Origin: Adineta vaga
Lineage: Eukaryota > Animalia > Rotifera
Direction: 5' to 3'
Assembly: GCA_021613535.1 (NCBI GenBank)
Contig: CP075497.1
Span: forward strand, 8,494,001 to 8,558,000
Length of the DNA stretch: 64,000 nucleotides
Below, piece after piece: positions 14,244-29,155 of this stretch. Numbering within the stretch: the first letter of the stretch is position 1; each line of letters opens with the position of its first letter. A program made the position numbers and the translations under genes. Below the pieces are notes generated by a model. The model was not told the origin of the DNA. It searched no databases and saw only the letters and a program-made list of their open reading frames with translations.

Positions 14244-17200
14244 ATGAACGAAATCGACTTTGAAGAATGTCTAAAAGATTCTCCAGCTTATCGGTATGTT
14301 CTCGTTTTCTCTCTCTCTCTGAAAAGAGAATATATTTCTTTCGATATCACATCATTATTATGCCTTCATATAGAAATCAACTTCGACAAGCTACAAACCA
14401 TATCGATATGTTAGAAGATCGTCTCGAACAGGTAAAACTGGCATAGAAAACAGCAGTTCGATGATAAATATTTCTGTATAATAGATGTCCAAATCGTGCA
14501 ATTCTGTAATTAATATTGGTAAAACGTTTGTTCAAGAATTCCAGTAAGAAATTTCTTCAAACCTTCAGTTTGTTCTTTTTATTGAGTACGATTATATTTC
14601 AGAAAATTTCTTAAATGCATTTACGATGTTCGTGAATTATTCTCTTCCGATGATGTGACTTTCAAGAGTTTAGCGAAATTTGGTGAATATTTACGTGAAA
14701 TTCAAGCCCTTTTCTCCGTAATTCTAAATCATATTCATTCATATGACAAGGAAACAATTTCATTTCTTCTTCTATTCATAGGGTTTATTTGAGCAAACAA
14801 CAAATAGTGTATTGCGAACATTAACACGTATGTTAAAAGAAGATATTAAAAAAGTAAAAGATCAAGGCAAATTATTCGAACGTTTGAGTTCCGATTATGA
14901 TATTGGTAAATTTTTTGAAAAGAATCTAATTACTTTAATTGAAATCGATTTCTATTTTCTTTTCTTAGCTTTACAAAAGAATGCTGATGCATCGAAAACG
15001 AAAGGTATAAAGAAATTGAACAATTTCGTCGTAAATTATATATATATATATATATTAAAGAAGGATCCTTGACAAAGGTCGAATAAGGTCATTCTTATTT
15101 GCAGACCTTGACTAAGAATAGAATTCAAGCTAATAAATAGATGAAAAGAACTAAGATAAAATGTTTATACATTTATGCATCGATTGATAGAATTGTTGAT
15201 TAGAAAGAACGAACAGAGTATTCTTTTCATGTACATTTACAAAGTAAGGATATATCATTGTTGGGAAAATAAACCTGATACTTCAATTGAATCATCTATG
15301 TACAGTTCATAAACATAAATTTAATTTGATTTTTTTAGCTCACGTATGTGAAGATGCAAGTAAAATTTTAATTGCTACACGTAGTTGTTTTGGTCATACA
15401 TCCATTGATTATACTTATCAAATTAATGTTTTATATAATCAACATAAAGTTGAATTAGTAGAATTATTATTATCCTATATTAATATTCACAAAGCATTTT
15501 TCCATCAAGGACATGAACTATTATCTGTAGATACTGAACGTGATTTTACTACAATTACTTCTCAAGTAAGTAAAAAATGAAAGCTATTTTTAGAATCGAT
15601 TGATTGTTTGCTCTCTCTCTCTCTCTTTCAGTTAACAAGAATGCGTCAAGAAAATGTTCAAAAACAAAAAATTCTCGAAAAAATTCATGATATTAATCAG
15701 AGACGTGTAAGTCATCTCGATGAATCATATATATTCATTGAAATGTCGTGTTTTTACGCTTCAATTCTTTTTGTTGATTCTATTTGTCGATCATTTTCTA
15801 CTTTGTAATTCTAAAAGAAAAACGAACCAATCTTATGAAGGATCAAAAGGTGCACTTATGTTTCATTCGAACAATTTCTATTTTCAATCGTTTGATATAT
15901 CTAATCTAATCTTGTAGTCGCCACCATCGACAGAAAAATCCAAACGCTCACTGCTCTTTTCACACAATCGATCGACAATCAAAGCCAAACTATCAGGACA
16001 TCATCAGCAGGTTATTTCGATAATGATTGAGAGATATTCTTTGGGATAGGATTTTGATTAGATCGCTTTTCTAACTATCGCTCTGCTATAGATTTCTTTT
16101 CATTTGAAATATTTCATTTTTATCTCTTTCGTTTTCAGTGTAATCTGGATGATAATAAAAATGATGATGTACCATCAGAAAATACTCTATCTGTGGTAAA
16201 GAAAACTTTGAATATTTCTTTTTTTTTGTCTAATATAATATTTGAGAAAATTTAGCCTAAACCGATTTTACAACGAAATTCATCACAACAAAGTCTATCG
16301 AGTACTCCCAATTCACCGATACCTGGCGTTGAATTGAATAAAGAAGGTAAATGAAAAAAGAAATGATAGGTTTTCTCTTTAGAATATATATATATATATA
16401 TTTTTTAAGGTTATCTTTTTAAACGATCGCATAATAAATTTAAAACATGGAGCAGGTTTGTAATTGATTATAGACATGATGAGATGAATGTTTTCATTGT
16501 TCTAGACGTTGGTTTATAATTCGTGATGGTCAATTATTGTATATGAAACGTAATAATGATAGTTCATCTCAATCACAAGTTCCTCAATCAACTATGGTAC
16601 CTGATTTACGTTTATGTACAATTCGACCTGCAAACGATAATGATCGTCGATTTGTCTTTGAAATACTTTCACCTAATAGGTAAATTATATCTTATCGATT
16701 TATCGTAATATTTTACAGAAAAAGTTTTCTTGTCTTTTCTAGTTCACATCTTCTTCAAGCTGATTCTCAGATTCAGTGTGATCAATGGGTAAATTCATTA
16801 CAATTAGCCATATCTAATTGCTTTAAATCATCAAATAATGGAATGCAAAGTTCAGCTTCCGTATGTGAAATAAATTTGTTAAAAAAAAATAATAGGATTT
16901 TAATATTCTGATTTATTTATTTTTAGTCATCACCTAAATCTTTATATGATGATAATTCAAATACACTTTTAACTGAAAAGGTGAAATTAAAACAAAAAAT
17001 GTAAATATGAACGGATGTTGATTTCTGTTCAATTTTTAATTAACTACTTATTTTAGGATTAAAGATAAAATCGACTATGTACGTTCTCTTCCTGGCAATG
17101 AAAAATGTTGTGATTGCGATGCAGATGGGCCAGAATGGGCATCGATTAATTTGGGTATTCTCCTTTGTTTAAACTGTGGTGGTGCTCACCGGTATATTTA

Positions 17201-18394
17201 GATTGATGCGATATATGTAGTTATGATTAATTATATTTATCTATGTTTTTCAGAGGTTTAGGTGTTAGTCTATCGAAAGTTCGTTCACTTCATATGGATA
17301 CGTGGGATCTAGAAACTTTATTGGTCATGTCAGACTTAGGTAATACAGCTGTAAATGAAATTTATGAAGTACAAATATCAGGTGATATACAAAAGCCTTC
17401 TGCTGAAACAGATGCGTACGTGTCCTAGAAGATCATCTTCTCTACAGGATCATTGATTATCTAACTTTTTTAGTGTTACTCGTCGAGCTTTTATTGAAGC
17501 AAAATATGTTCAAAAAGCTTTTCTACGTCCTTTACCAACTGCTCATCAAGCACATGCATCGGATCGTAGTATTAAACGATGGACTGTCCGAAAGAATTCT
17601 TCATCGAATGAGATTGATGATGATAGTTCCAAAACACCGAATCGACAATTAGAGTCTAAGTTTGTGTTTCAAATGTTCATATACGCTTACAATATCATTT
17701 TTTTTTCGTATCTAATTTAGACAAACAACATCATCATTATCTGATAAAGAAATAGACACATCAGTAGCAGCAACTGTAGCAACAGCACCTATCTGGAATA
17801 TGAACGTATATTTATATGAAGCAGCTCATCAACGAAATTTAATGATGATGCTTCATGCATTAGCATTAGGTGCTGATAAAAATTTTACGAATGAATATGA
17901 TCATGGACGAACACCATTAATTCAAACCATATTAAGTGTATGTTGTTTTGACAACTAAAATCAAATAATATTGTTTTGTTTTTCTGTTTAGCGATCAGTT
18001 GCTGCAGCAGAATTTCTTCTAACTAATAATGCTAAAGTTAATTTAGCTGATCGAGATGGTAAAACACCACTTCATTATGCAACACAACTAGCCACCAAAG
18101 GACGAGGGTATTGAAAGATTCAATAGATATTTGATTTATTCACTTTGAATCTTTAGACCAATTATTCTTTTATTGAAACGTGGAGCTGATCCTTTATTGA
18201 AAAATAATGAAGGCATCGATGCCTGTTCACTTTCAATGGATGTTGGCGATCCTGACGTGATCACATGGTATCGTTTAGTTGCATTACATGAACAAATGAA
18301 AGAAGAAGATGCTGATGCAGAAAAAACTTATATATCAATACTTGATGATCCTGTTTATATGAAAGAAATTGCAAGGACACCATCATTTTCATAA
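14244..18394 (+). CDS. ACAP: ACAP/centaurin-beta Arf-GAP (BAR-PH-ArfGAP-ankyrin)
   Basis: [14 protein letters not shown] start; PH KEGYLFKRS..FKTWSRRWF; ArfGAP zinc finger [35 protein letters not shown]; ankyrin repeats GRTPL and GKTPLHYA. Confidence 0.93.
15034..15054. repeat. (TA)n microsatellite in an ACAP intron; similar tracts near 5210, 11895, 16385, 40137 and 63572
   Basis: Direct reading. Confidence 0.8.
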
Positions 18395-18831
18395 TGAAAA
18401 ATATCTGTGATATTTATCGAGTTAGTTAGTGTTGTGTGTTGTTTGTACATTTGTTATTCTTATACTCTCACATCAAGTATCAAATTAAAGAAAAAAAATA
18501 TTCATCTAGTCTTGCTTATTATCATCTATCTGGCAAGAGTTAGTCTCTTTCTCTATCTCTCTACTTTTTTTGCTGTATCGTTTGTTTGTTTTTTATCTCC
18601 AATAAAAATTGCTCATATGATATCATTGGAAAAGAGATGAAAGAATTTTTAAGCGAAACAAAACAACCTTGACTACCTTAATGCACTTATTCAATGTGAA
18701 TTAACGTTTTTTTGTCATTGAATCATTTGGTTATTGTTTTGCTACTTGTCAATGTGATGTTAAGGAGAATAGAAGAAAAAAAACATTAAATTCAATTTCT
18801 ATACCATTACGAACTAAGCATTTTTGTTTGG

Positions 18832-21800
18832 ATGACGAGTTTAGTGTTGTTTAAATCGGATCGATCCGAAAATGATGGTCCGACTCAGCCGACGAAACAT
18901 TGGGGTACAGGCAAACCGCGCGTTCGAGGAAGTCAATCAGCTGCGCCTCGTTTATCTGGAAATTTCTTGTATACGTAAGAGATTATGAATTTAGCTGAAT
19001 GAAAGAAGGTCATTTTGTATTCATGATTTTAGAGGTGAACCTATCACACAAACCTATCAAAATACAGATCTAGTATTGAGTAATTTACGAAACAATGATG
19101 AATTGTAAGTGGACCATCATATCTCTTGTTACTTTAATCTCATTATAGATTTTTTGAATCATCTAATGAGTAATATTAGTTCAAGAACATTTCAAGCTTT
19201 TCCTTTTCTTTTTGTATTCTATACATTTATCTTTTATTTACAGAGTACCTGCTCCACTTCATACAACTGATATATCAGCACATCAAATTCCCTTAGATTT
19301 CCCCTCAAATCATCCTTATACATCTCATATTAGTGAAAAAGCTGTTTTTCCATCATCAACAGATGGTATAAATGATCGTCCATCAACATCTGTTGTTCCA
19401 TATATCGTCACACATAAAATTCGTGGTATATGAAATAAATCTGAAGCGATGTAAAAGAGGAAAAAAAATGCTAAGTGCACACTTCTTCGTTTTGTTCTTT
19501 CAAAACTAATTGGAAACTCGATCGAGACTTCTTTTTCTCTCCCTTCTTCTCTTTCGATCTACCTATTATTTACTTTGGTCGTTATTGATTAAAAAAAATG
19601 TTATTTTCTTCTGCCGACGACATACAATCAGTAGGGTTGTGTCAGTTGTTATTATTGTAACTAGTTGTGCAGCGATGTCTATTAATGTTTATTTTTAAAT
19701 AGGTAATCCATTTCGTCGCGAAGTACATTTTCACGGATTTGAAGCAGCAAACCATTGTCGAACGTCGAAATGGGTCGATAAGCATTACATGCACGTAAGA
19801 ACGTCAAAAAAAGGTTGTTTTTGTCAATGTTTTCAACATGCATAGTTACCTCGATCACTAAGTGACGCCAATTCTTCGTCAATATATCCTTGGCCACGTA
19901 AAATGTTTGCTCCAAATAATGACAATTCAACATTGAATTCAGTTAGAAGTAAGAAGAAGAAAAGAAATTCTTTCAGTAAAATAACATATCAAGTATTCAT
20001 CATCTAGAAGTAGGTTCACGTGTTGTACAAAATACGAAAACAACAACACCATCATCGAGCAAACAAGGAGTTCGTATTTTTGTTAAAAAGATAAAAAAAG
20101 AACAACTTTTTCATTTATTTTCTACATTCATATTCTAGAAATCCTATTCGAATAAGACATCCCATTCTGTCGGACCTGGAGACAACATGCAAGCGACTCG
20201 TATGCATGGTAATCAACAACAAACACGTGCTTTTGGCAAACAACAAGCTACTATGTAAATACATATATTATATCCAAAAGATAATCTTTGACGAACTTTG
20301 TTGTCCGTTTTTTTCTTCTCTTAATATAGAAGAATGAGTGAAAATGATAGACTTGACAATCAATTACGTCATGGTACTGACTATGTCAATCTTCCTGGAC
20401 ACCTTTTTCCTAATGGAAAAGCACCGACATGGAATCGTAAGCGAAAAAAGATTTTCTTTCATTTTTTTGCGGTTATAATGGTGGAAATTTTCGTCTAGCT
20501 CAACAACAATCAACAAGTGAGAATCAAAATGAACCACAAGAACTTCGTTTTCTTCAAACTGCACGAGCATCAACAGCAAATGGTCAATTATATCGTGATC
20601 ATTATGCAAGTCATCAGCAAATGGAAGCAGAAAATCGTCTTCAACAGCTTGAACTCATTCGTCCAAAAGAAAATATTGATTTGCTCAATGTTAAATATCG
20701 TCATTTACAAAATCCACGTCATGCTCGACCTATCTTACCTCAATATCGTGATGATTATGTTAATACATTTTATGATCAAGTGGGTACATATGTTCAAGAA
20801 CGATCCGGTCTATATCATACTGATAATTATGACCCCAAAGTACTTGCACAAGCATGCCTGAACTTGAAAATCAACAAAATATTACTTCATCATCTGTTAA
20901 TGAAAGTGATCTCGGTGATTTATTAAATCGAGGTGAAGAAAATCAAAATCGAACAAAACCAAAATTATTTCAATACAGAGCACTTGGTGATTATCAAAAT
21001 ATGCGAGTTAGTAGTTCATAGATCTAGACCGATTTAAATTCATCGATTTCTTATCTATTTAGAATCGTCTTCTTAATAAATTACATGTTCCTGAAGATGT
21101 TGGTACTGTCAGTAGTCATACACAAGAAGGTAATAAACCATTTATTCAACGTGAAACAGTTTATGGTCAAGGATATAATACACGAAAATTTCTGCAAGAA
21201 AATGCTTTACCTCAACATGCACGTGTTGATCCAACCAATTTAATGAGTACAAAATATAATAATAATCTTGAACGTGTACGAAGTTCAAATAGTTATCCAA
21301 TGAAAACAGCTCCAATTCAAGGAAAAACGAATAATAATCTTGTGAGTCCAGATCTTTATCCATCACAAGATGATGCCTTATATAAAACCAATCATATTAC
21401 TGAACATACAAATGGTTATTCACGTCGACCAACAACACGTGTCTATGATTCACCATATCAAAGTGAACAGAATCCATCTGTTCATCAGATTTATCAAAAC
21501 CAAACAGTTCAGGCACAATCACGTTCATTCGATCCAGCTCTTCAAATGCCTGCTCAACTTCCAAATTCTGTCAAAGTAGATATACGTTTACCTGGTCCAG
21601 AAATGGTCGCTCGTTTCATTGATCCAAAATATGAAACTCAAACAACATATCAACGTTCATTTAAAGATATTTCCTTTCACGAAGGTCAACCACAACAACG
21701 CGATTCTTTCACTGATAATAATCAATATTATACTCAATCATTGGATAATAGTTCAGGTCAATGGAAATTAACTGATATACAAGATAAATGGTCAAAAACT

Positions 21801-21932
21801 CAAGCTCAACAACAATATCAAGAAGAAAATCCCAGTATCCCGCCGTATTCTAGTGATACAATTATGCGAGCGAAAAAAGAAGTAATTTTAGCTGATTCCA
21901 TTGCAAAACATCAAGCGATGATAGTTCGATAA
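18832..21932 (+). CDS. C7orf31/SPMIP4-like ciliary or sperm microtubule inner protein
   Basis: Spliced blocks NLRNNDELVPAP, FPSNHPYTSHISEKAVFP, KIRGNPFRRE and IYPWPRKMFAPN match remembered C7orf31 blocks (YPIEHPYHTHICRGAMFP, KTRGNPYRYE, FYPKPPKTFAPN). Apparent frameshift near 20850-20853. Confidence 0.7.
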
Positions 21933-22043
21933 AATGAATTTGAATTTTTCTTTGAATAAATTAAAATATTTTTCTTAATACAAATACAATACAATATCAA
22001 TTGATAAATGATTGAGGAAAAAAGATTTTTACTTCTAGTCATT

Positions 22044-23280
22044 TCATTTAACAGGAAAATGAGAGATCCTAGTTTGTGTGAATGGTACAACGAATGCTTG
22101 ATTTCTTTGTGGTAGACACTTGAGTATACTAAGAAATTCTTTTCGAAATAATTTTGATGTTAAACAGTGAATATAGAAATTAACCTAAATGAATGCAAAT
22201 TTGATTTTAATTAATTAAATGAAGAACAGAAAAATCCTACTGCATAATTAAAACCCCAAAACCATGTTAAACCGGCGGATATACTCATCACTAGTGGATA
22301 TTCTGCGACTTGCATATTTACAACTTGTTTCGGAAATACAACACGATAGACTGCTAATGGAAGAGTTGTGATTAAAAAGATGAATATACTCGAAAGCATT
22401 AAAAGAAATAATTGATTTTGAAAACGACTATCACGTTTAACACCTGTTTGATTTTGAACGTGAATTTGTTGGCCAAGTGCTTTTTTACGTGAACGAATAG
22501 AAACAAACATATCAAGAAGAACAATCAACATTAATACAACAGGAATAAGACAATTAATGAATACCTAACAAAATAAAGCAGAGAAATGTTCAATTACTAT
22601 TATTAGAACAAAATTTACTTGAAGAACTGTCCATGTATAATAATAGAAATTCAAATAAAATTTGTGAGCAGTATTTGGACCACAAGCTATAAGAGCAACA
22701 CCAGGTAACAGCATACCAAATGATTGAGTTAACATTGGTGAATGAATGGCTCCATCAATAATTACTATTACAAGAACAACAAGTAATACTCTCTTTGATG
22801 TACATAATTTCACTGATTTATGAGGAAATCGAGTACGAATCCATCGATCAATTGAGATTGTAACAAGGACCCATGCTGAACAAATTTGAGTCATAGAAAT
22901 AACAAATACACGAAACTGACATAGGACATCATACCGAATACGTCCATAAAGAGGAATCTATAAAAGAAAAAGAAAATAACGATCTATATTCAATACAATT
23001 ATAATCATACTTGTAAACCAAAATCAATGAAATCAAAGATTGATGCAAATAAAAATGTCGTATCCGAAACGGCCAAGATAACGAACAGAGTACCTGTTGA
23101 TACTGATCGTAATGTTGGTCGAATAAAAGTTAAGAAACTTGCAATATTTCCAGTAAAACCAAGTATAAAGATTACTAAATAACCCCATAAATAAAACTGA
23201 GCTACAATGGGCGGACTACGAATATAAAAGTAATCCTCAACACCACGCATTTGTTTGAGATGAGACGTTGTATTGTTCAT
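22044..23280 (-). CDS. Class A (rhodopsin-like) orphan GPCR
   Basis: TM1 GFTGN, TM2 LAVSD, TM3 SIDRW, TM6 TTLP, TM7 NYAVNFYIHCLTSKLFR. Four exons. Confidence 0.9.
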
Positions 23281-24159
23281 TATTGAAAAATTAAAGAATG
23301 TCGTCAAAGTTTAGATTCAGCTCTCTATTTATTTGCACTGAAAAAATTAAAATAATTCATTTTTCTGTTCTCACGGCATTTCATCAAATGTCTAAAGAAG
23401 TCAAAGCAAGACCCTCCAGTGAATTTTTAATCTTATTAAAGGAATTAATAATCATTTTTAGTAAATGTCTATCTAGGCAATGATTATTTTTCAACTATTT
23501 CGAATATTCATGACAGATGTCTATCAAAACATTCTTTTTGCGCTTTGAAAATTTCATTTTTAATTAGAATAATATCTGAATATGAAACACTTTTACATAT
23601 TCATCTTCACTATGATAACAACTGCTTTTGTTAAGCATTTTGTTTCCTAGTACAGGTCAGAATTTCTTCATATATTATTTCAATTATTTTCGATACATTT
23701 ATTCGTAAGATCAGTTAAGATAGAATTATCAATAGTTCTCTCGTTGCCTACTATGTGGGTGTGTTTCAAAAACATCAGTTAATTAAAAGTTTCTTTCAGT
23801 CATTTTTTTGACAGATAATGAAATGTTCTGAAAAGATCTTTCTATTTCCAACATATGTTTGACCTTAATCCAATTCAATCGTATTTGAATCTTTGAAAAG
23901 AATTAAATTCATCTGTTAACATTCATCAAATTATTCTTTATTTAGAAGTAAAACAATACGATGATGATAATCTTCTATTTTATAATTTCAATTTTGTTCG
24001 ACGTTTCGAATTGTATTTCCTGTTCGCATACGAATCTACATGTATATGAAGAGAATATGAAATCTAAAAGAAAACATGAAAGACAATCTTTCTGTTTTGT
24101 TTCGAATGTATAATACAAGAGAAAGAAGCAGAAAAATATGTATCAAAAAAGATAAAAAG

Positions 24160-25269
24160 TTATTCTTCTTCGATTGTTGATGGGGAAACAGAGACTTCTG
24201 ATCGAATTGGATGATATTCTGCGTCTTTTAACGCACTTAATCGTTGCCATTCACGATAAGCACGATTATGACGAGTTCTTGGGTCCATCGCATATTGTGG
24301 ATCAGAAAATTGCATCATACTACAATGAAACAATGGACATTCATTACAAGAATTCTTTGACAAAATCTTACCGCCATTGAAGTGCATGAATGAACATACC
24401 AAATCCGATAATAATTAAAATAACCGATGCTGCACCGAAATAATTCTGTTGAAAACTATTAGGATATGAAGGATGATATGAAGAAGACGTTGAACGTTGT
24501 CGATCATATTCCATTCTTCGACGAAACATTTCATAGAATGATTTATCATAATGTGGTGCACCCCTTAAAAAATAATATCAAATAGATAGAAAAACCAAGT
24601 CGATTTAGTTACCAATTATAATCATTTCTGGTAGATCGACGTTCATAAGCACTACGACTACCGAAGTTTGTATTAGACCAATCGGATGATGATGATTGAC
24701 GGGGATATGAATGATGGGAAGAACGTGATATTGAAGTGAAAGCTAAAAATAAAGAGTTTTGAAATCTATTCAAGAATGTTTCGAATGAGTACGACGAATT
24801 CTTACATTGATCATACGTTATACGTGAAGATTGTTTACTAAGTATGCTAAACGCTTCATTGATTTTAACGAATTTATTATGAAGTGATTTATCAGTTGAA
24901 TTCGAATCTGGATGATACTGAAATACAAAAAGTTGTAATATATTTGGATATCTCTAAGGAAAAAATTTACTTCTTTGGATAATTTGAAAAAAGCTTGTTT
25001 AATTTCTTTTTGTGTTGCTGTTCGTTCGACACCGAGTAATTCATAATAATTCTTTGAATTAAGATTTGCTGTTTTATATCGACATGACGTGAATCCAATA
25101 GATCTAAAAGTATAGGTACGAAAGAAAAATCACAAAAGATTGCTTAATACAAGTTGATTTTGATTTACCGAAAAGGTTGAATTGACGTAGTGACGATGTT
25201 TCCATGAGGATGAAAACGATCACCACAACTCGTTTTAATCCAAAGATATTTTTGAGAAATTCTGTACAT
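24160..25269 (-). CDS. J-domain co-chaperone, DNAJC4-like (basic N-terminal extension, J domain, C-terminal TM helix)
   Basis: NYYELLGV..ATQKEIKQAFFKLSKE-YHPD..FVKINEAFSIL..R..YD; TM ASVILIIIGFGMFIHAL. Splice phases consistent from ATG 25269. Confidence 0.85.
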
Positions 25270-26161
25270 GCATATGAAAAATAAAGAATTTGTATTAATG
25301 ATCATGTAATCATCATCATCAACGAAACAGCTGGTTAATAAACCAATGATATTAAGAATTCAAAAGATACAAATCTTATCGAAAAAATATTTCTTTAATT
25401 TCTTCTTTAAATTCAACTATCTATTTTCAATCAAATTTATCTATCATTTAACAAATCAATCAGATGTCGCTACAAAACAATGCAAACATCTTGATAAAAT
25501 AATAAATTACAAGTTCTAACAAAGAAAAAACAATTCAGTCTTATATTTGATAATTTATTTTAATGTCACTTTGTTTATTTATATGAATAAACTATGGATA
25601 GATGTACATGTCATATTTTTGTGTTCTAAACAGAACGAAAAAACATATACAGCAGTCAAGATCAAGATTGATCTCTTTCACTCGTCAATTTTTTTTCTAT
25701 CGAGGTCAAAAAAGATTTCCTATCAATATTTAACATATTATGAACAGAAATGATTTGCATTTTTCTATCATGTTCAATGTGGTGAATTGAATAGACAGAA
25801 AGAAAAGGAAAAAAAAGTTGCTCAGCAGGTGAGACAGTGGCATAGTTTGTTAATGGTCGTTGTCGACGAGAAGAGAATATGTATCAAGCAGATAGCCGGT
25901 CGGACACCCTCCTCTCGCTCTTTTTTTCTTCTCTCTCTCTCTTCCGCTATTGTGTGTTCGATGTATTGTTCGTTCTCTAACATGCACTTCGTATGGTATT
26001 TTTTTTTGCAATTCATAACATTGTCGTTGTTGAGAAGAGCAGATACATAAAAAAATACTGTTGTTAATGTGTAGGTGTACATTGTTTAGATTGTTTTTTT
26101 AATATTAACTTATTTTATTCATTTTCAGATTTGCTTTGTTCGTTGTTTTAAGAAAATTAGT

Positions 26162-28646
26162 ATGAATTATCTAGATTTTACTGATGATATCATCGGACTA
26201 GATCAATCGAATACTCGAAATTCGACAACTATGCAACCATTGGTACCATTATCAGCAGCAGCATCATCATCATCTACAACAGCAACAAACACATCTACAA
26301 TTGTTCATCAACAACCATCACAACAACAAACGAAAGATTTATCTGATTGGAGAAATATTCAACTTGGAACGACATCAACACTTTTAGACCCATTTTGGTT
26401 GCCACAAACAACGATTACACCATTATCAAATCCTTGGACAACTCCGAATAATACAATTTATCCATCATCGTATACTCAAATAAGACCTACACCTTCATTA
26501 TCGTCATCTCAGAATCCTTATCCATGGTCACATCCGAATATTAATAATCCACCATGGAGACTACCAACAGGACCAACACAATCATTCAATCATTTCAATC
26601 CACATTATCCATTGAATACTAATACTAATTCAAGAATCAATCCAACTAGGTAATTTTTCTTTTCTTTAATTTCAATATTTTCATTGTATTCTTCTAGAAA
26701 TTTTCTACCTACTCAACCGATTCCATATTCATATCCTGTTTCTACTCTACCACCGAAAGGTCCATCTGTTCCTTCTCGTGAAACTGATCTTATACGTATT
26801 CCTGATGTTGATATTAATGAAATTCTTGGTGAAATTGAAACTGTTATTCCAGATATTGATCTTGATGCTGCACGACGAACAATCACATCAATGAATCGGC
26901 TACCTTCTACAAATGATATCGTTACATATTTTCTCGATAATGGTTATGTAAAAAAAGTGAAAAAATCTTTTTCTAACGATTCTCAACATCAATCTTCATT
27001 AAAACGTACAATCTCAGATATAATCGATGATATTCCAAAATTTTTATCCTCCTATCCTGATCCAATTCATTATTTTTTTGATACACAACGAAAACAATCA
27101 GAATCATACATAAATCATGCTAAAGCATATCTTTTACGTGCATTTCCTACTACAGATAAAACGATTTTAGAACAAGCTTTACAAGAAGAAAATTGGCATT
27201 TTCTGCCAACTGTAAGAAAATTAGAAACACGAGCAGGAATTCGTACAAATACATTTTTACAAAGAATGACTATCAAACGATCCTTAGATATGATTGGTAA
27301 GTTAGAATACTAATTCAAGAAATAAATATTGAATACTTGTATTTAGATTTATCCATAGAAGGTGTTGGTCGAACACCATCAATAGCATGGATAATTAAAA
27401 ATAATAAATTTGCCTATCCTATTCCACATACACCTTGTGAAGAATTTTATGATGAACTTCGATTTGCAAAAAATGAAATTAAAATTCGACGATATCTTGG
27501 TAAAATTTCCAAAGAACATGAAAAACGTGTGAAAAAAGCTAAAAAAGGCAATGAAACACTCGAATGTGAAATATGTTGTCAAGAAGATTTATTAATTGAT
27601 GATATGGTTGAATGTACAGTTGGACATCTCTATTGTCGGTATGTTTATCAAGAAATTGAAGTGAATTTCGTTTATTTTTCTTTATTGTTTTCTAGAAATT
27701 GTGTTCGAACACATATTGATGTTTGTTTCAAAGAAGGAAAATGTCGTTTTGCTTGTGTTGAAAGTTCATGTCCTGGTGAATATACCATGCGACTTGTTAG
27801 TGAATTATTACCACCGAAAGATTTGAAACGATTAAATCGAAGAATACAGGAAGAAAATATTCGACAAGGTAATTTTCAATTCTATCTTCAAAAGTTCTTA
27901 TCAGAAAGAGATATTCATTATGATATTTTTGTAGCTGAAATCGATGGTCTTGAATGTTGTCCTTATTGTCCATATGCAGTTATTGTTGATAATCCAGATG
28001 ATAAAATCTTTCGTTGTTTAAATCCTGAATGTATGAAGGAAACATGCCGGTAAGCAAGGAATTTCATTTTAGGAATTCTTAGTTTATGATTTGTTTGATT
28101 TAGATTATGTAAAGAACCAAATCATATTCCATTACGATGTGATGAAGTTGAAAAAGGTATGGAACTTGAAATGCGTAAATTTATTGAAGAACATGTAACG
28201 GAAGCAATGATACGAAAGTGTCCTCGATGTACACAGGTATGCAATTGATTTGATTCAATTAATAAAAATTTCATCGTATTTCGGGTTTTTTTTAGCGTTT
28301 TTATAAAGTTGAAGGTTGTAATAAAATGACCTGTTCATCATGTGGTCTATTCATATGTTATGTTTGTCGTGAAACAATTAATGGTTATGATCATTTTACA
28401 AATAATGAAAAGTAATTTTGTTTCTCGTCTTCAATATAAATAAATGAAATGAATATTTCGTCTTTTCAAAGGTGTACTCTATCAAATCAAAGTGACAAAA
28501 TTCATTATGAAGAAACGATACAAGCTTATACCAATGCAAAAAATGAATATCTTCGTTTACATCCTGAAGCTCATGATATGATACTTCGTTATGATCCTAT
28601 ATCGCATTTAGTTAAATCATCTACTCCATCAACGGGTGCTGCTTAA
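26162..28646 (+). CDS. RNF216: RBR E3 ubiquitin ligase, RNF216/TRIAD3-like
   Basis: RING1 CEICC..CTVGHLYCRNC..C..C; IBR CPYC..FRCLNPECMKETCRLCKEPNHIPLRC; RING2 RKCPRC..KVEGCNKMTC..C..ICYVCR..GYDHF. Confidence 0.9.
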
Positions 28647-29155
28647 TTGTTTTCAATATTATTCGATATTGTTCAACTGTTTCAAACACAATCTTCGATT
28701 TGATCTTATTTTAGTCAACAATTACGAATTTGTTCATCAGATTGAACAAGTTTAAGAGAAAAAAAAACTTCCTTTGTTCAAATGTATTTTTGTTTTTGAT
28801 TATTGTAAGAAAATTCAATATGTCAGTTTTCTTTCCTAATATTTTCTTATTTTGCTTTGTTATGCATGAAAACAAAAGGAAAACAATCTATTCTTGTTTT
28901 TTCTACTTATAAAATATGATCTTGTTTTTTTTCCACATGGCTGTCTAAACTTTATCAATAAATTGACAAATTTAACAAGATGAAAATCGTTCTACATTGT
29001 AACTTAAAGTTACAATTTTAGAATTTATAAAGATGACGATTAACTTGTTTTCTGAAACTCTCTTTCATATGTAAATATTAATTTATTTTTTAGTAATAGA
29101 AACATCAAATGAAAGACACATATGACAACATAGAAAACAAAAAGTTGAATTCAAT

